From Bacillota bacterium (GTDB lineage Bacteria > Bacillota > JAAYKD01): a stretch of 64,000 nucleotides of DNA. Each line of letters starts with the position of its first letter. Positions within the stretch are counted from its first letter, which is position 1. Shown here in pieces: positions 50,584 through 60,696 of the stretch. The stretch lies in NCBI GenBank assembly GCA_963666425.2, contig OY762825.2, positions 1,152,001 to 1,216,000 of the forward strand, given 5' to 3'. The notes beneath the pieces are model-generated. The model made no database searches, was not told the DNA's origin, and was given only the letters and a program-made list of their open reading frames with translations. A program made the position numbers and the translations under genes.

Positions 50584-51732
50584 TTGAAAGCGATTGTCAA
50601 CGGAACACTCTATACGATGGTCAACGGCATCATCGAAGACGGTACGATTCTGATCGACGCAGGTAAAATCATTGCCATCGGCAAAAACATTACCCTACCG
50701 GAAGGTACCGAAATCATCTCAGCCAAAGGCTGCGTGGTGCTGCCCGGTTTGATCGATGCCGACTGCAAAGTGGGTATTTTTGAAGAAGGTCAGGGCCCGA
50801 TTGGAAATGACACCAACGAATCGGTTTCTTTGGGAGCCGAATTCCGCGCTTCCGATGCTACCTGGTGGGAAGATGTGGCTTTTGACGACTGCCGCAAAGC
50901 CGGAATTACCGCTTTGTCCATCGGTCCCGGCAGTGCCAATCTGATCAACGGCCAGAGCTTTGTCACCAAAACGGCGCCGGGTGTGATCGATCATCATATT
51001 GTGCGCGCCTTTGCCGGTTTAAAAATCAATATCTGTGGTACTAAAAGCAATCAACATGACCGCACCATGGATATCGCCTCTCTGCAGGCGCAATTGCAAA
51101 AAGCCAAAGAATTGGCTGCCAAGAACCGAAAGCTGATCGAAAAGGGAGAGATTCCGGAAGAGAATCTGAAACTGGATCCTCTGATCGCCTTGCTCGATGG
51201 CAGTAACTTTGCCCGCATCAATGTATTTGCCAACTACGACATCTTAAACGCAATCGAACTGGCCAAGGATTGGGGCTTCCCTCTGGTTTTAGAACGCTGT
51301 TACGAAGGTCATCTTGCGCTGGAAGAAATCGTCGCCGCCGGCTGCAGTGTGATTGCCGGACCCACTTTCATCAACCGGGTGGGCAGTGCGAAGAACCTGT
51401 CGCTTAAGATGCCGGGTGTTCTGGCCAAAGCCGGTGTTAAAGTCGCTCTCTGCAGCGATCATCCCACCTTGCCCAGTGAAAATCTGGCCACGCAGGCGGC
51501 GCTTTGTTGCCGCGACGGCATGCCGGAAGAATTGGCGCTGCAAGCCATCACCTCGGTGGCTGCCGAAGTCTTAGGTGTAGCCGATCGCATCGGCTCTCTG
51601 GCAGTCGGCAAAGATGCCGATCTCGCCATTTTCAGCGGACATCCTTTCAAAACCGCAACACAGTGTCTGGCTACGCTGATCAACGGCGAATTTGTTTACC
51701 AAGCAGAAAAAGGCGGTGCATGTTCATGCTAG
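50584..51732 (+). CDS. Amidohydrolase-fold protein lacking metal-ligand histidines (copy A1)
   Basis: PGLIDADCK in place of HxH; GSLAVGKDADL tail; SDHP retained. Confidence 0.85.
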   Translation: MKAIVNGTLYTMVNGIIEDGTILIDAGKIIAIGKNITLPEGTEIISAKGCVVLPGLIDADCKVGIFEEGQGPIGNDTNESVSLGAEFRASDATWWEDVAFDDCRKAGITALSIGPGSANLINGQSFVTKTAPGVIDHHIVRAFAGLKINICGTKSNQHDRTMDIASLQAQLQKAKELAAKNRKLIEKGEIPEENLKLDPLIALLDGSNFARINVFANYDILNAIELAKDWGFPLVLERCYEGHLALEEIVAAGCSVIAGPTFINRVGSAKNLSLKMPGVLAKAGVKVALCSDHPTLPSENLATQAALCCRDGMPEELALQAITSVAAEVLGVADRIGSLAVGKDADLAIFSGHPFKTATQCLATLINGEFVYQAEKGGACSC

Positions 51733-52922
51733 CAATTACCAATGCGACTCTGGTTACAATTTCCGGTCCGATCATTGAGAAGGGAACCATCATCCTCGAC
51801 AGCGGTAAAATCGTTGCGGTCGGAAAAGACCTGACGATTCCGTCTGATGCCGAAGTCATCGACGCGGAAGGCAAATATGTCATGCCGGGTATTGTGGAAG
51901 CGCACTGCCATATCGGTGTGATGGACTTTGATAACAATGACGATGACAATCAGTATGATGCCGATGGCGCACCCAACGGCGGCGCCGGCTTCGGTCCGGC
52001 TGTCACACCGGAATTAATGAGCTATTATACCTTCAATCCGCGCCATGTCCAAGTGAAGCAGTCTCTGGCATCTGGTGTCACGACCATGCTGACCCGTCCG
52101 GGTTCCGGTAAGATCATCTCCGGCATGGGTATGGTGGTAAAAACCTATGGCAAGAACCGCAAAGAAATGGTTCTGCTCAATCCGGCGGAGGTCAAAATGG
52201 CGTTGGGTGAAAATCCCAAGCGCAACTTTGGCTCCCGCAATCAGTCTCCCTCCACCCGCATGGGCAGCGGCGCTCTGCTGCGTGATGCTTTCATAAAAGC
52301 AAAAGCGTATATGGCCAAACGGGAAAAAGATCCCGAGACTCCGCTCAATTTTCAAATGGAACCTCTGGTCAAATTGCTGAAGGGCGAATTGGTTGCGCAT
52401 GTGCATGCCCATCGTGCCGATGATATCATGATGGCCCTGCGCGCTTCCGACGAATTCGGTTTTAAATTAACCATTGAACATGCTTCCGAAGCGCATCTGC
52501 TGCTGGAGGAATTGAAAAAACGCAACGTCCCCTGCATCCTCGGTCCCACCATGGCTCGCACGAAAGTTGAAACCGCCCGCAAGGATTTTGCTTCCGCCGG
52601 TATTTTGGAACGAGCCGGGATCAAAGTCTGCATTACCACCGATGCCGGTGTGGTACCGCAGGAGTATTTACGCACTTGCGTTTGCCTCAGTCACCGTGCC
52701 GGCATGAGCGAAGCAGGCTCTCTGCGTGCTATGACCTTAACCTCTGCCGAAATCATTGGCGTAGCCGACCGTCTCGGTTCTTTGGATGTCGGTAAAGACG
52801 CAGACGTTCTGGTGCTGAACGGTCATCCTCTGGAATTGATGACTCAGGTCGAACAGGTTTACGTCAATGGCAGACTCGCTTTTGATATTCATCGGGATAA
52901 AGAAGATTGGGAGATGGCTTAA
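51726..52922 (+). CDS. Metal-dependent amidohydrolase (copy B1)
   Basis: PGIVEAHCH, KMALGENPK, HAHRADD, EH, TTD. Confidence 0.9.
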   Translation: MLAITNATLVTISGPIIEKGTIILDSGKIVAVGKDLTIPSDAEVIDAEGKYVMPGIVEAHCHIGVMDFDNNDDDNQYDADGAPNGGAGFGPAVTPELMSYYTFNPRHVQVKQSLASGVTTMLTRPGSGKIISGMGMVVKTYGKNRKEMVLLNPAEVKMALGENPKRNFGSRNQSPSTRMGSGALLRDAFIKAKAYMAKREKDPETPLNFQMEPLVKLLKGELVAHVHAHRADDIMMALRASDEFGFKLTIEHASEAHLLLEELKKRNVPCILGPTMARTKVETARKDFASAGILERAGIKVCITTDAGVVPQEYLRTCVCLSHRAGMSEAGSLRAMTLTSAEIIGVADRLGSLDVGKDADVLVLNGHPLELMTQVEQVYVNGRLAFDIHRDKEDWEMA

Positions 52923-52931
52923 GGAGGGATC

Positions 52932-54083
52932 ATGATGTTTGCAATCAAGAATGCCCGCCTTTTTACCATGTCGCACGGCAGAGTAGAAAACGGCAGCCTG
53001 TTGGTCAAAGATGGTGTGATTGCGGCAGTTGGCGCAGAAATTGAGATTCCGGCTGATTGTCCCGTCCTTGACGCCGGTGGCAAAGTCCTGACACCCGGTT
53101 TGGTCGAAGCCTGCGGCCGTCCCGGCTTGCACGAAGAAGTTGTTGGTGCCATTGGTGCCGATGAAGATGAAACCCAAGAAAAAATGGGTGCCTATTTACG
53201 CGCTCTGGACGGAATTTTACCCAACGATCCCTCTTTTGACGATGCTTTGCGCGGTGGGGTAACCACGGTTAATATTTGCCCCGGCACCTCTGCCATCGTA
53301 GCCGGTCAGAGTGTCATCGTGCATACCGCCGGCAGTCCGATTATCGACCGCCGCATCCTCAAGCAGCCCTTTGCTTTGTTCGTTAATCTGGTAGGCGGCG
53401 GCAATCCCATGACAGGCTTGCGTGACCGCAGCGAAATGGTGGCAAAACTGATCAGCGAGCTGCAGAAAGCCAAAGAATGGCTGGCCAAACGCGATAAAGC
53501 CCTGGCAGAAGGCAAAACAGCACCGGAGGCAGGCTTTCGCCTGGCGCCGATGGTCGCTGTCCTGGAAGGCAAACTGCCGCTGATCATGCAGGTGGTCTAT
53601 TTGCACGATATTCTCAATGCCCTGGAATTGGCGGAGCAATGGGGTTTCCGCTTGATTTTACAGCGGATCAGCGAAGCCTATTATTGCGTGGAAGATTTGC
53701 TGCAGGCAAAGGTACCGATGATCGTTGGACCAATTCTGATGAATCGCCGCGGTTTGTTCAGCACCACCTCGCACAAAACACCGGGGATCCTGCAGCAAGC
53801 CGGCTTGAAATTTGCCCTTTCCACCGAACACCCGCAAACCGGGATCGATTATCTGGTAACAACCGCCGCCATCGCCAATCGGGAAGGCATGGACGACGAG
53901 GAAGCGCTGAAAGCCATCACCCTCTACCCTGCCCAATTGCTTGGTCTCGACAGTCAGCTCGGTTCTCTGGATGTGGGTAAAAAAGCAGACCTGGTCTTAT
54001 GGACCGACCACCCCTTTGAAACAAAAAGCTACGTGGAACAGGTGTGGATCGATGGTCTGCCGGTTTACGAAAGGAGGCAATGA
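52932..54083 (+). CDS. Amidohydrolase-fold protein lacking metal-ligand histidines (copy A2)
   Basis: PGLVEACGR in place of HxH; TEHP; GSLDVGKKADL. Confidence 0.85.
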   Translation: MMFAIKNARLFTMSHGRVENGSLLVKDGVIAAVGAEIEIPADCPVLDAGGKVLTPGLVEACGRPGLHEEVVGAIGADEDETQEKMGAYLRALDGILPNDPSFDDALRGGVTTVNICPGTSAIVAGQSVIVHTAGSPIIDRRILKQPFALFVNLVGGGNPMTGLRDRSEMVAKLISELQKAKEWLAKRDKALAEGKTAPEAGFRLAPMVAVLEGKLPLIMQVVYLHDILNALELAEQWGFRLILQRISEAYYCVEDLLQAKVPMIVGPILMNRRGLFSTTSHKTPGILQQAGLKFALSTEHPQTGIDYLVTTAAIANREGMDDEEALKAITLYPAQLLGLDSQLGSLDVGKKADLVLWTDHPFETKSYVEQVWIDGLPVYERRQ

Positions 54084-54084
54084 A

Positions 54085-55290
54085 TTGGCTAAATATGCAA
54101 TCACAGCCGCGCGGATCTATACGGTTGATACCGCCGGTGTGCTGGATCACGGCATCCTCTTAGTGGATGGCAGCAAGATCATTGCCGTAGCGGATCACCT
54201 CAGCATTCCTTCCGACTACGAACTGGTTGATTTCGGTGGGCAGCAGATTATGCCCGGTATGGTAGAAGCACACAGCCATTTAGTGACGCACGACTGGAAT
54301 CAAAACGAATATGCAGAAAGCGATCTGAACGGCGCCTCGCTTGGCATCGCCTGTTCGCCGGATGTCGATTATTTTTATCACTTTGATCCGCGTCACCGTC
54401 ACCTCAACGATGCGCTGGCAGGCGGCGTTACCACCGCCAATATTCTGCCCGGCAGCGGCAAGATCATCACAGGTGTCGGTTTTGCCGCCAAAATGGCCGG
54501 CAAAACCAGAGAAGATTTGTTGCTCAAACGCAATACCGGCGTAAAAATCGCTTTGGGAGAAAACCCGAAACGGGCTGTCGGTTCTAAGGGCGTGATTCCT
54601 ACTACCCGGATGGGTTCTGCCGCTGTGCTGCGCGAAACCTTGCGCAAAGCGCAGGAATACATGGCAAAAAAGGAAACTGCGCTGGCAGATGGCAAAGAAT
54701 TCGCCCTCAATACACAATTGGAACCGCTGATTCCTTTACTGAAACGGGAGGTGCCCGGCAAAATTCACGCGCACCGAGCAGATGACATGATGACCGCCAT
54801 GCGGATTGCCGATGAATTTCAGCTGATCATCACCCTGGAACACACCACCAGCGGCCATTTGCTGACGGATGAGATCAAAAAGCGCCAGATCATGTGTACG
54901 CTGGGACCAACTTTTGGTTCCCGCGGCAAACAGGAAGTGCATGCCAAAGAGTATCGTACCGCCGCTGTACTGGAAGAAGCCGGTATTCTCTTTTCTTTCA
55001 CCACCGATGCTTCCGTAATGGCAATTGAACTGCTGCGTTTGAGCGGTTCTTTGGCTTGGAAAGAAGGCTGTTCGGAAGAAACAACCCTGAAAGCGCTGAC
55101 CTTGCATGGCGCAAAAATCACCGGCGTCGCCGACCGGGTTGGTTCGCTGGCGGTTGGTAAGGATGCCGATTTTGCAGTTTACAACGGCCATCCCCTTTCC
55201 ATTCGCAGCAGCTGTATCGAGACCTGGGTCAACGGCGAAAAAGTCTGGGATAAAGCCACCTGGCTGGAACCTTGGCAGCGTGGATACTAA
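54085..55290 (+). CDS. Metal-dependent amidohydrolase (copy B2)
   Basis: TTG start after AAGGAGG; PGMVEAHSH, KIALGENPK, HAHRADD, EH, TTD. Confidence 0.9.
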   Translation: MAKYAITAARIYTVDTAGVLDHGILLVDGSKIIAVADHLSIPSDYELVDFGGQQIMPGMVEAHSHLVTHDWNQNEYAESDLNGASLGIACSPDVDYFYHFDPRHRHLNDALAGGVTTANILPGSGKIITGVGFAAKMAGKTREDLLLKRNTGVKIALGENPKRAVGSKGVIPTTRMGSAAVLRETLRKAQEYMAKKETALADGKEFALNTQLEPLIPLLKREVPGKIHAHRADDMMTAMRIADEFQLIITLEHTTSGHLLTDEIKKRQIMCTLGPTFGSRGKQEVHAKEYRTAAVLEEAGILFSFTTDASVMAIELLRLSGSLAWKEGCSEETTLKALTLHGAKITGVADRVGSLAVGKDADFAVYNGHPLSIRSSCIETWVNGEKVWDKATWLEPWQRGY

Positions 55291-55344
55291 TTGAAATAGC
55301 CGCTCACCAATGAACCGCTTTTTGTCAAGTAAGCAATCAAAAAT

Positions 55345-55389
55345 AAAAAAACGGACGGATTATCAAAAGTTAATCCGTTCGTTTTTTTT
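55345..55389. terminator. Bidirectional terminator
   Basis: AAAAAAACGGACGGATTA..TAATCCGTTCGTTTTTTT. Confidence 0.75.
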
Positions 55390-55661
55390 AACGACCTTGT
55401 TTGTAAAATACACCATTGTTATAATTCTTCTAAAAGCCATAAGTCAAGCAAATAGAGAACGAATACAATTTACATTAACGGGGCGTGGCAATAAAATTTA
55501 CAGACAGATAACCCCGGCTGGCTTCGCTTTGAAAATACACCCGCTAATTTATAATCTATGGTATGAAGTTATCTACGATGATTTGTTCTCTGCAAGATTT
55601 TTACAAAACCAATATCATTAACATAAATCTCACGAATTAACGAAACACTGGATTACTATCA

Positions 55662-56543
55662 TTAGCTCCAGTTGTTCGATTTTCCCATATCCGGATATTG
55701 CTGAAGCAATTTATTATTGGCAATTTCAAGTTGTTTATAGTACTCAGCGTAGGAGGTACTCAGCCTTTTCATTGCAGGAATGAAGATATCATAATAGCCG
55801 CTCGTGCTATTGAACTCTTTTAGTAAAGACTGAATTCTAAAAATAGGTGAATTTCTGAATTCATCAGATAGTTTGAATGCTAAATACTGATCTAGCATTT
55901 CCTTGTTCTGAGATAAAAATTCTTCTGGATTTTCAATAGAATGCTTTGCACTTTCTATCATTTGAGTAATATTCTCAGTGCTTATATGCTTTGTGTTTTC
56001 AATAAAATATTCCTGCAGATCCTGTGGGAAGTTAAGTGGTGGTACCTCATCCAAAAATGTCACTACTTCTTGATAAGCAGCTCTCTGCTTATCTGTCACA
56101 ATCAGTTCATTCAAAAAACGAGCAAAATGCAGACAAATAAACCTACCATAATATCCCGGGAACGCATTCAATAGCTTTTCCGTAACTGATGCACCTTGTT
56201 CGATTACCATTAATTCCTCTTCTATTTCAGAATAACTCTTGCCACAACTCAGCTCATCAAGTATAGCTTTCTTTGCCTGTTCCCTCTGAACATTCAATTC
56301 ACTTTGAACCGATAACTTTTGTAACATGTCTCCGGTGTCATCATCAAGTACTTTTTTGATTTCTTCTACACTTATTCCCAATTTACGAAGAACAGAGATT
56401 TTCTTTAATCGCTCTACATCCTTTTCGTTGAAATCTCTATACCCATTCTCTAGAATGGCAGGAGAAATCAATTCTTGTTCTGTGTAATACTCAATTGCTT
56501 TTTTTGTTAAATCTGTTACTTTACTTGCGGCCTTTATTAGCAT
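55662..56543 (-). CDS. MerR-family transcriptional regulator, AT-rich
   Basis: LTKKAIEYY..ENGYRDF..LRKLGIS..EIK. Confidence 0.9.
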   Translation of the reverse strand: MLIKAASKVTDLTKKAIEYYTEQELISPAILENGYRDFNEKDVERLKKISVLRKLGISVEEIKKVLDDDTGDMLQKLSVQSELNVQREQAKKAILDELSCGKSYSEIEEELMVIEQGASVTEKLLNAFPGYYGRFICLHFARFLNELIVTDKQRAAYQEVVTFLDEVPPLNFPQDLQEYFIENTKHISTENITQMIESAKHSIENPEEFLSQNKEMLDQYLAFKLSDEFRNSPIFRIQSLLKEFNSTSGYYDIFIPAMKRLSTSYAEYYKQLEIANNKLLQQYPDMGKSNNWS

Positions 56544-56562
56544 ATTATTTCACCTCAATATA

Positions 56563-56593
56563 ATTATAGGCTAGCACCGAAGGTGCTAGTCAA
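56563..56593 (-). promoter_or_regulatory. MerR-type promoter with 19-bp spacer and dyad operator
   Basis: TTGACT-19 nt-TATAAT containing CTAGCACC-TTC-GGTGCTAG. Confidence 0.85.
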
Positions 56594-56975
56594 TAGGCAA
56601 AATAGAAATTTTCCATTTCACATTCAGTTAAATTTGCAACGTATTATTAAGAATCTGAAAATGTCACCTGACACATAGAACTTTTTGGTATTATCTTTGA
56701 AAATTCATATGTCATCTATAAAACGTCCCAAAAACGGAGATCAAAAAATGTTCTTTTTGGCCTTGCTGATGGATATCATAATAATCCAGCGGAAGATATT
56801 TACCCGTTTGGACAAGTTGTGCATCTGATACTGAGAGTGTTTTTTAATTCCCAGATGGGTCCAGACGCTGCGCTGTGCCAACACCCCCGTCCCCCTGGAA
56901 CGGTCCTGAAAGAAAATGCAAAGCGATTGCGAAACAGTGAATAGTAATCATTAGGATGACAATAAATTTTTTTAA

Positions 56976-57008
56976 GGGCTGCAGCAATTTTCCGTTTTGC
57001 TACAGCCC
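56976..57008. repeat. Palindromic repeat copy 2 (terminator of aspB)
   Basis: GGGCTGCAGCAATTTTCCGTTTTGCTACAGCCC. Confidence 0.7.
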
Positions 57009-57062
57009 CATTTTTTTATTTGGTTTTCATTTCAGTTGGTTTTCTCTTCTGGTCTGATCGGG

Positions 57063-58259
57063 TTATTTCGCTTCTTTCAATAACGCTTCGACTCTGTCCA
57101 GACCTTCTTTGATGTTTTTCATGCTGGTGGCATAGGAGAAGCGCATATATCCTTCGGCTTCAAAAGCCACACCGGGAACAATGGCTACTTTCGCCTCATT
57201 GAGCAGCAAGTCACATAACTCGGTGGAAGTGCCGATTTTAACACCATGAATGGTTTTGCCAAAGACACCTTTGACATTGGCAAAGACGTAGAAGGCGCCA
57301 CCCGGTTTACGGCAGGACAAGCCAGGAATGGCATTGACCCGCTCGACCAGGTAGTTGCGCCGTTTTTCGAATTCTACCCGCATCGCTTCAATCGATTCCT
57401 GCGGACCGTTCAGGGCGGTGACAGCGGCTTTTTGAGCAATATTGCAGGGATTGGCGGTGATGTGGCTTTGCATGCTGCCCATGACTTTGGCAATACCGGC
57501 GTCACAAGCGGTATAACCGATCCGCCAGCCGGTCATGGCGTAGCTTTTAGAAACACCGTTGATCACGATCGTCCGTTTTTTGATTTCTTCGCCTAAATTG
57601 ACAATGGAGGTGTAAACACGGCCATCGTATAACAACTGTGCGTAAATTTCATCGGCAATTACATAAATGTCGTTTTCAACGCAAAGATCGGCAATCGCCT
57701 GCAAATTCTCTTTGCTGTAAACACCACCGGTGGGATTGGAGGGGGAATTGAGCAGCAAAACCTTGGTCTTTGGCGTGATCGCCGCTTTTAATTCAGAGGC
57801 CACCATGACAAAATCATTCTCTTCTTTGGTTTCCACAAAAACAGGAACGCCACCAAGCAAACGAATTTGTTCGGTATAGCTGACCCAGCAAGGAGTAGGC
57901 AGAATCACTTCGTCGCCGTCATCCAATAAAGCAGCGAACGCATTGTAAAGGGAATGCTTGGCGCCATTGGAGACCACAATCTGATTGGGCTGATAATCCT
58001 GGTCAAAATTGATTTTCAGGCGGTTGCAGACCGCTTTTTTCAGGTCCGGTAAACCGGATGCGTCGGTATAACGGGTAAAATGCTGATTAATTGCCTCAAT
58101 ACCGGCCTGCCCGATGTGATCCGGCGTGTTAAAATCCGGTTCTCCAACCGCAAAACTGATGACATCCAAGCCTTGCGCCATCATGGCTTTGGCTTTGGCA
58201 TCCAAAGCGAGAGTGGGAGAGGGACTGATTTGACGAGCGCGTTTGGAAATTGCTTTCAT
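57063..58259 (-). CDS. aspB: Aspartate aminotransferase (class I PLP)
   Basis: GEPDF, NSPSNPTG, DEIY, SKSYAMTGWRIGY. Confidence 0.9.
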   Translation of the reverse strand: MKAISKRARQISPSPTLALDAKAKAMMAQGLDVISFAVGEPDFNTPDHIGQAGIEAINQHFTRYTDASGLPDLKKAVCNRLKINFDQDYQPNQIVVSNGAKHSLYNAFAALLDDGDEVILPTPCWVSYTEQIRLLGGVPVFVETKEENDFVMVASELKAAITPKTKVLLLNSPSNPTGGVYSKENLQAIADLCVENDIYVIADEIYAQLLYDGRVYTSIVNLGEEIKKRTIVINGVSKSYAMTGWRIGYTACDAGIAKVMGSMQSHITANPCNIAQKAAVTALNGPQESIEAMRVEFEKRRNYLVERVNAIPGLSCRKPGGAFYVFANVKGVFGKTIHGVKIGTSTELCDLLLNEAKVAIVPGVAFEAEGYMRFSYATSMKNIKEGLDRVEALLKEAK

Positions 58260-58442
58260 TTTCTATTTCCTCCGTTTCATAATCAGGTTTTGCAGAGCAG
58301 TTCTGCAAAGGAACTGTTCTTACCTGTTTTGCAACTCTTTTTTCATTCTAGAATGGCTGGTAAAAACCTTCCGATCTACAGAAAATAACCAAAGACAGTC
58401 ATAAATCTGCTGATTAAGCGATAAATGGACAATTTCTTGGCA

Positions 58443-59276
58443 TTACAGCAGGTGAAAATCCGGCTTTCGCTGATGAAAAGTAGTGAAATATCGAAAACCC
58501 GCTGCACGCGCCAAAGCATAGCCTTGCTCTAGACCATAAGCTAAACTACCCGGGGCATGCGCATCCGAACCCAGAGTCAGAATTTCTCCGCCCATTTCGC
58601 GGTACCATTGCAATAAAGTGAGATTCGGCATCGTTTCCTGGCAGGACTGCCGCAGACCGGATGTATTAATTTCAATGCCTTTGCCTCGGCGAATCAGATT
58701 GGCAAAGGCAGTTCGGATTTGTTCTTCGTATTTATGCGCCTGAAAGGGACCGAATTTCTCCGTGCCGAAACGTTTAATGATGTCACAATGCGCCACCACA
58801 TCAAAAAAATCCATACCGGAAAGCAGAATTAAATCATCGAAATAAACCGGGTAAGTTTCCGCTTCGCCCAAGCCATCCCGCCATGGCACACTGATAGTCA
58901 TCCCGCTCTCATGCATCAGATGAATGGAAGCCAGCACAAAATCATAGGGCTGTGCCTCGATCAGTGCTTGGGCTTGCTGCGGCGCATGATGGCCTTGCCC
59001 CGCTTCCACCCCATAACCAATTTTGATTCGCCGATCAAATTGCCGGCGTGCCGAAGCTATTTGCTGCCAGTAATCCGTCTCATCCATAAAACCGGAGCGC
59101 GGTCCGTTGTTCAGGTTTTTGGTCTGACTGCGCTCTCTTTCATCAAAATCCAAATGCTCGGTAAAGCAGATTTCCTCTAAACCCAGTTCGATTGCTTTCT
59201 CGATCTGCTCTGCCATACTAGCTCTGCTGTCCAGGGAAACCCTGGAGTGCAAATGAAAATCCGCGTAATAACTCAA
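58443..59276 (-). CDS. PHP-family histidinol-phosphatase (HisJ-like)
   Basis: DFHLHS, TEH, SIH, AHCD, EINTS, GSDAH. Confidence 0.85.
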   Translation of the reverse strand: MSYYADFHLHSRVSLDSRASMAEQIEKAIELGLEEICFTEHLDFDERERSQTKNLNNGPRSGFMDETDYWQQIASARRQFDRRIKIGYGVEAGQGHHAPQQAQALIEAQPYDFVLASIHLMHESGMTISVPWRDGLGEAETYPVYFDDLILLSGMDFFDVVAHCDIIKRFGTEKFGPFQAHKYEEQIRTAFANLIRRGKGIEINTSGLRQSCQETMPNLTLLQWYREMGGEILTLGSDAHAPGSLAYGLEQGYALARAAGFRYFTTFHQRKPDFHLL

Positions 59277-59290
59277 AACAATATCACTTC

Positions 59291-60037
59291 TTACTTTCGT
59301 TTTTCAAAATCATCAAAATCATTCCCGGCATCGGATGCTTGCACCGGCAGGGTAGCCCAGAAGTCATCCGTACAGCAATCCGCTAAGCGAATTTCACTGT
59401 AATCCGCCGCTAATAAAAAGGGATTCCGCTCCGTCATGATATGGAGCTGCTCCATTTCGTCCTCATAATGCACTCGGGTCAGGTTGCCCTGACGCAGCCG
59501 CAGTTTCAGGTCATCCGCCAAGGCGCGATAACACCAGCCTTTTGGTGCGATTTCTGCCCGGACCAACATCAAGCGCAAGGCTCCTTCCCCCATCAGTGAA
59601 ACAGCGCAGCGAAGTTTCTCTAAACTGTCTCCCATGGGGGTGCAGAGATAGAGCCGGCAGATCAAGGCGCGTTCCTGATAAATCGTGCAGAGCTCGTCTT
59701 TTAGAAAAGGACAGGGGTGTTTTTTCCACTGCGGGAAAGGCAAATTTTCTGACAGGTCCAGCCATTTTTGTGCAAAAGCTGTCAAGTCAAGCTGCTGCTG
59801 GTCAGCCAGGCGCCGGACAGATAAATAATCCGGTGTGACATCATAATGGTGGCAGCAATTCGCCCGGCAGCCGGCACAAACACCATAGCGCGTCTGCAGC
59901 CTTGGTTTGAGCAGATTGGCGTCATCCGTGGCCAGCTGCATCGCCTCCAGCAGATCCGCTACGGTTGCTGTTTGATTCAGTGCACACAGGACCAGTTGGG
60001 CTTCCCCGCTTTCATAAGACGTTTCTAAAGCCAGCAT
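59291..60037 (-). CDS. YkgJ-family cysteine-cluster protein
   Basis: CAGCRANCC, CPFL, CTIYQERALICRLYLC; start approximate. Confidence 0.8.
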   Translation of the reverse strand: MLALETSYESGEAQLVLCALNQTATVADLLEAMQLATDDANLLKPRLQTRYGVCAGCRANCCHHYDVTPDYLSVRRLADQQQLDLTAFAQKWLDLSENLPFPQWKKHPCPFLKDELCTIYQERALICRLYLCTPMGDSLEKLRCAVSLMGEGALRLMLVRAEIAPKGWCYRALADDLKLRLRQGNLTRVHYEDEMEQLHIMTERNPFLLAADYSEIRLADCCTDDFWATLPVQASDAGNDFDDFEKRK

Positions 60038-60207
60038 CAATTGCATCTCCCTTCTATAATATACTCTCAATCAATCTCTTCCGCTATGCTAAGAGCCTTT
60101 TCGTCCGCTGTCAAGCTTTTTCTTTTTTTGCAGTGATGAAAAAGCAGCGAACCAAAGCGTCCCGGCAGTTCGCTGCTTGATCAAGAACATTCGCCACAGA
60201 AATGCTG

Positions 60208-60696
60208 CTATTTTTCCGGATAGCTCGCTTTGCCGCTGATGCTGCTGATTGTAATTTCCAAGAGGGCAACCGAATCGGCGGCTTTTTCGTCGATCGGAGG
60301 TAATTGAATCGCTGGATCATGCTTGAGCACGAGCTGCATCAAACGATTTTCTTTCTGTGGATGCTGTTCCAGCAGGCTGCAATGCCCCATCACAATCACA
60401 CTCTCATAAAAAGCGCCGTAACCGCAGAAAGTATCGGCTTTCTTTAATTGCAGCATGCGGCTGACTGAAAAGCAAACCAGCGGATTTTGCTGCAGCCAGA
60501 GCAGTTTCTTACCTGCTTTGGCAGAATGAATATAAATTTTACCATCAGCATAAAGATAATTGACCGGAATCGTATAGGGTTCGTTCTGTAACGCCATCGC
60601 AAGATTGCCAAATTCACCCTGTTCAAGAATCCCGATTGCCTCATCCCTGGTCAGCGCTCTGTCACTGCGGCGCATGGTTACTGCTTCTTTTTCCAT
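60208..60696 (-). CDS. Pyridoxamine 5'-phosphate oxidase / NimA-like flavin-binding protein
   Basis: MRRSDR, PYTIPVNY, IHSAKAGKK, YESVIVMG. Confidence 0.85.
   Translation of the reverse strand: MEKEAVTMRRSDRALTRDEAIGILEQGEFGNLAMALQNEPYTIPVNYLYADGKIYIHSAKAGKKLLWLQQNPLVCFSVSRMLQLKKADTFCGYGAFYESVIVMGHCSLLEQHPQKENRLMQLVLKHDPAIQLPPIDEKAADSVALLEITISSISGKASYPEK

Noticed and set aside
56600-56970. Possible gene or REP-transposase remnant between merR and aspB
   Set aside because: No recognisable protein motif or clear repeat in any frame read
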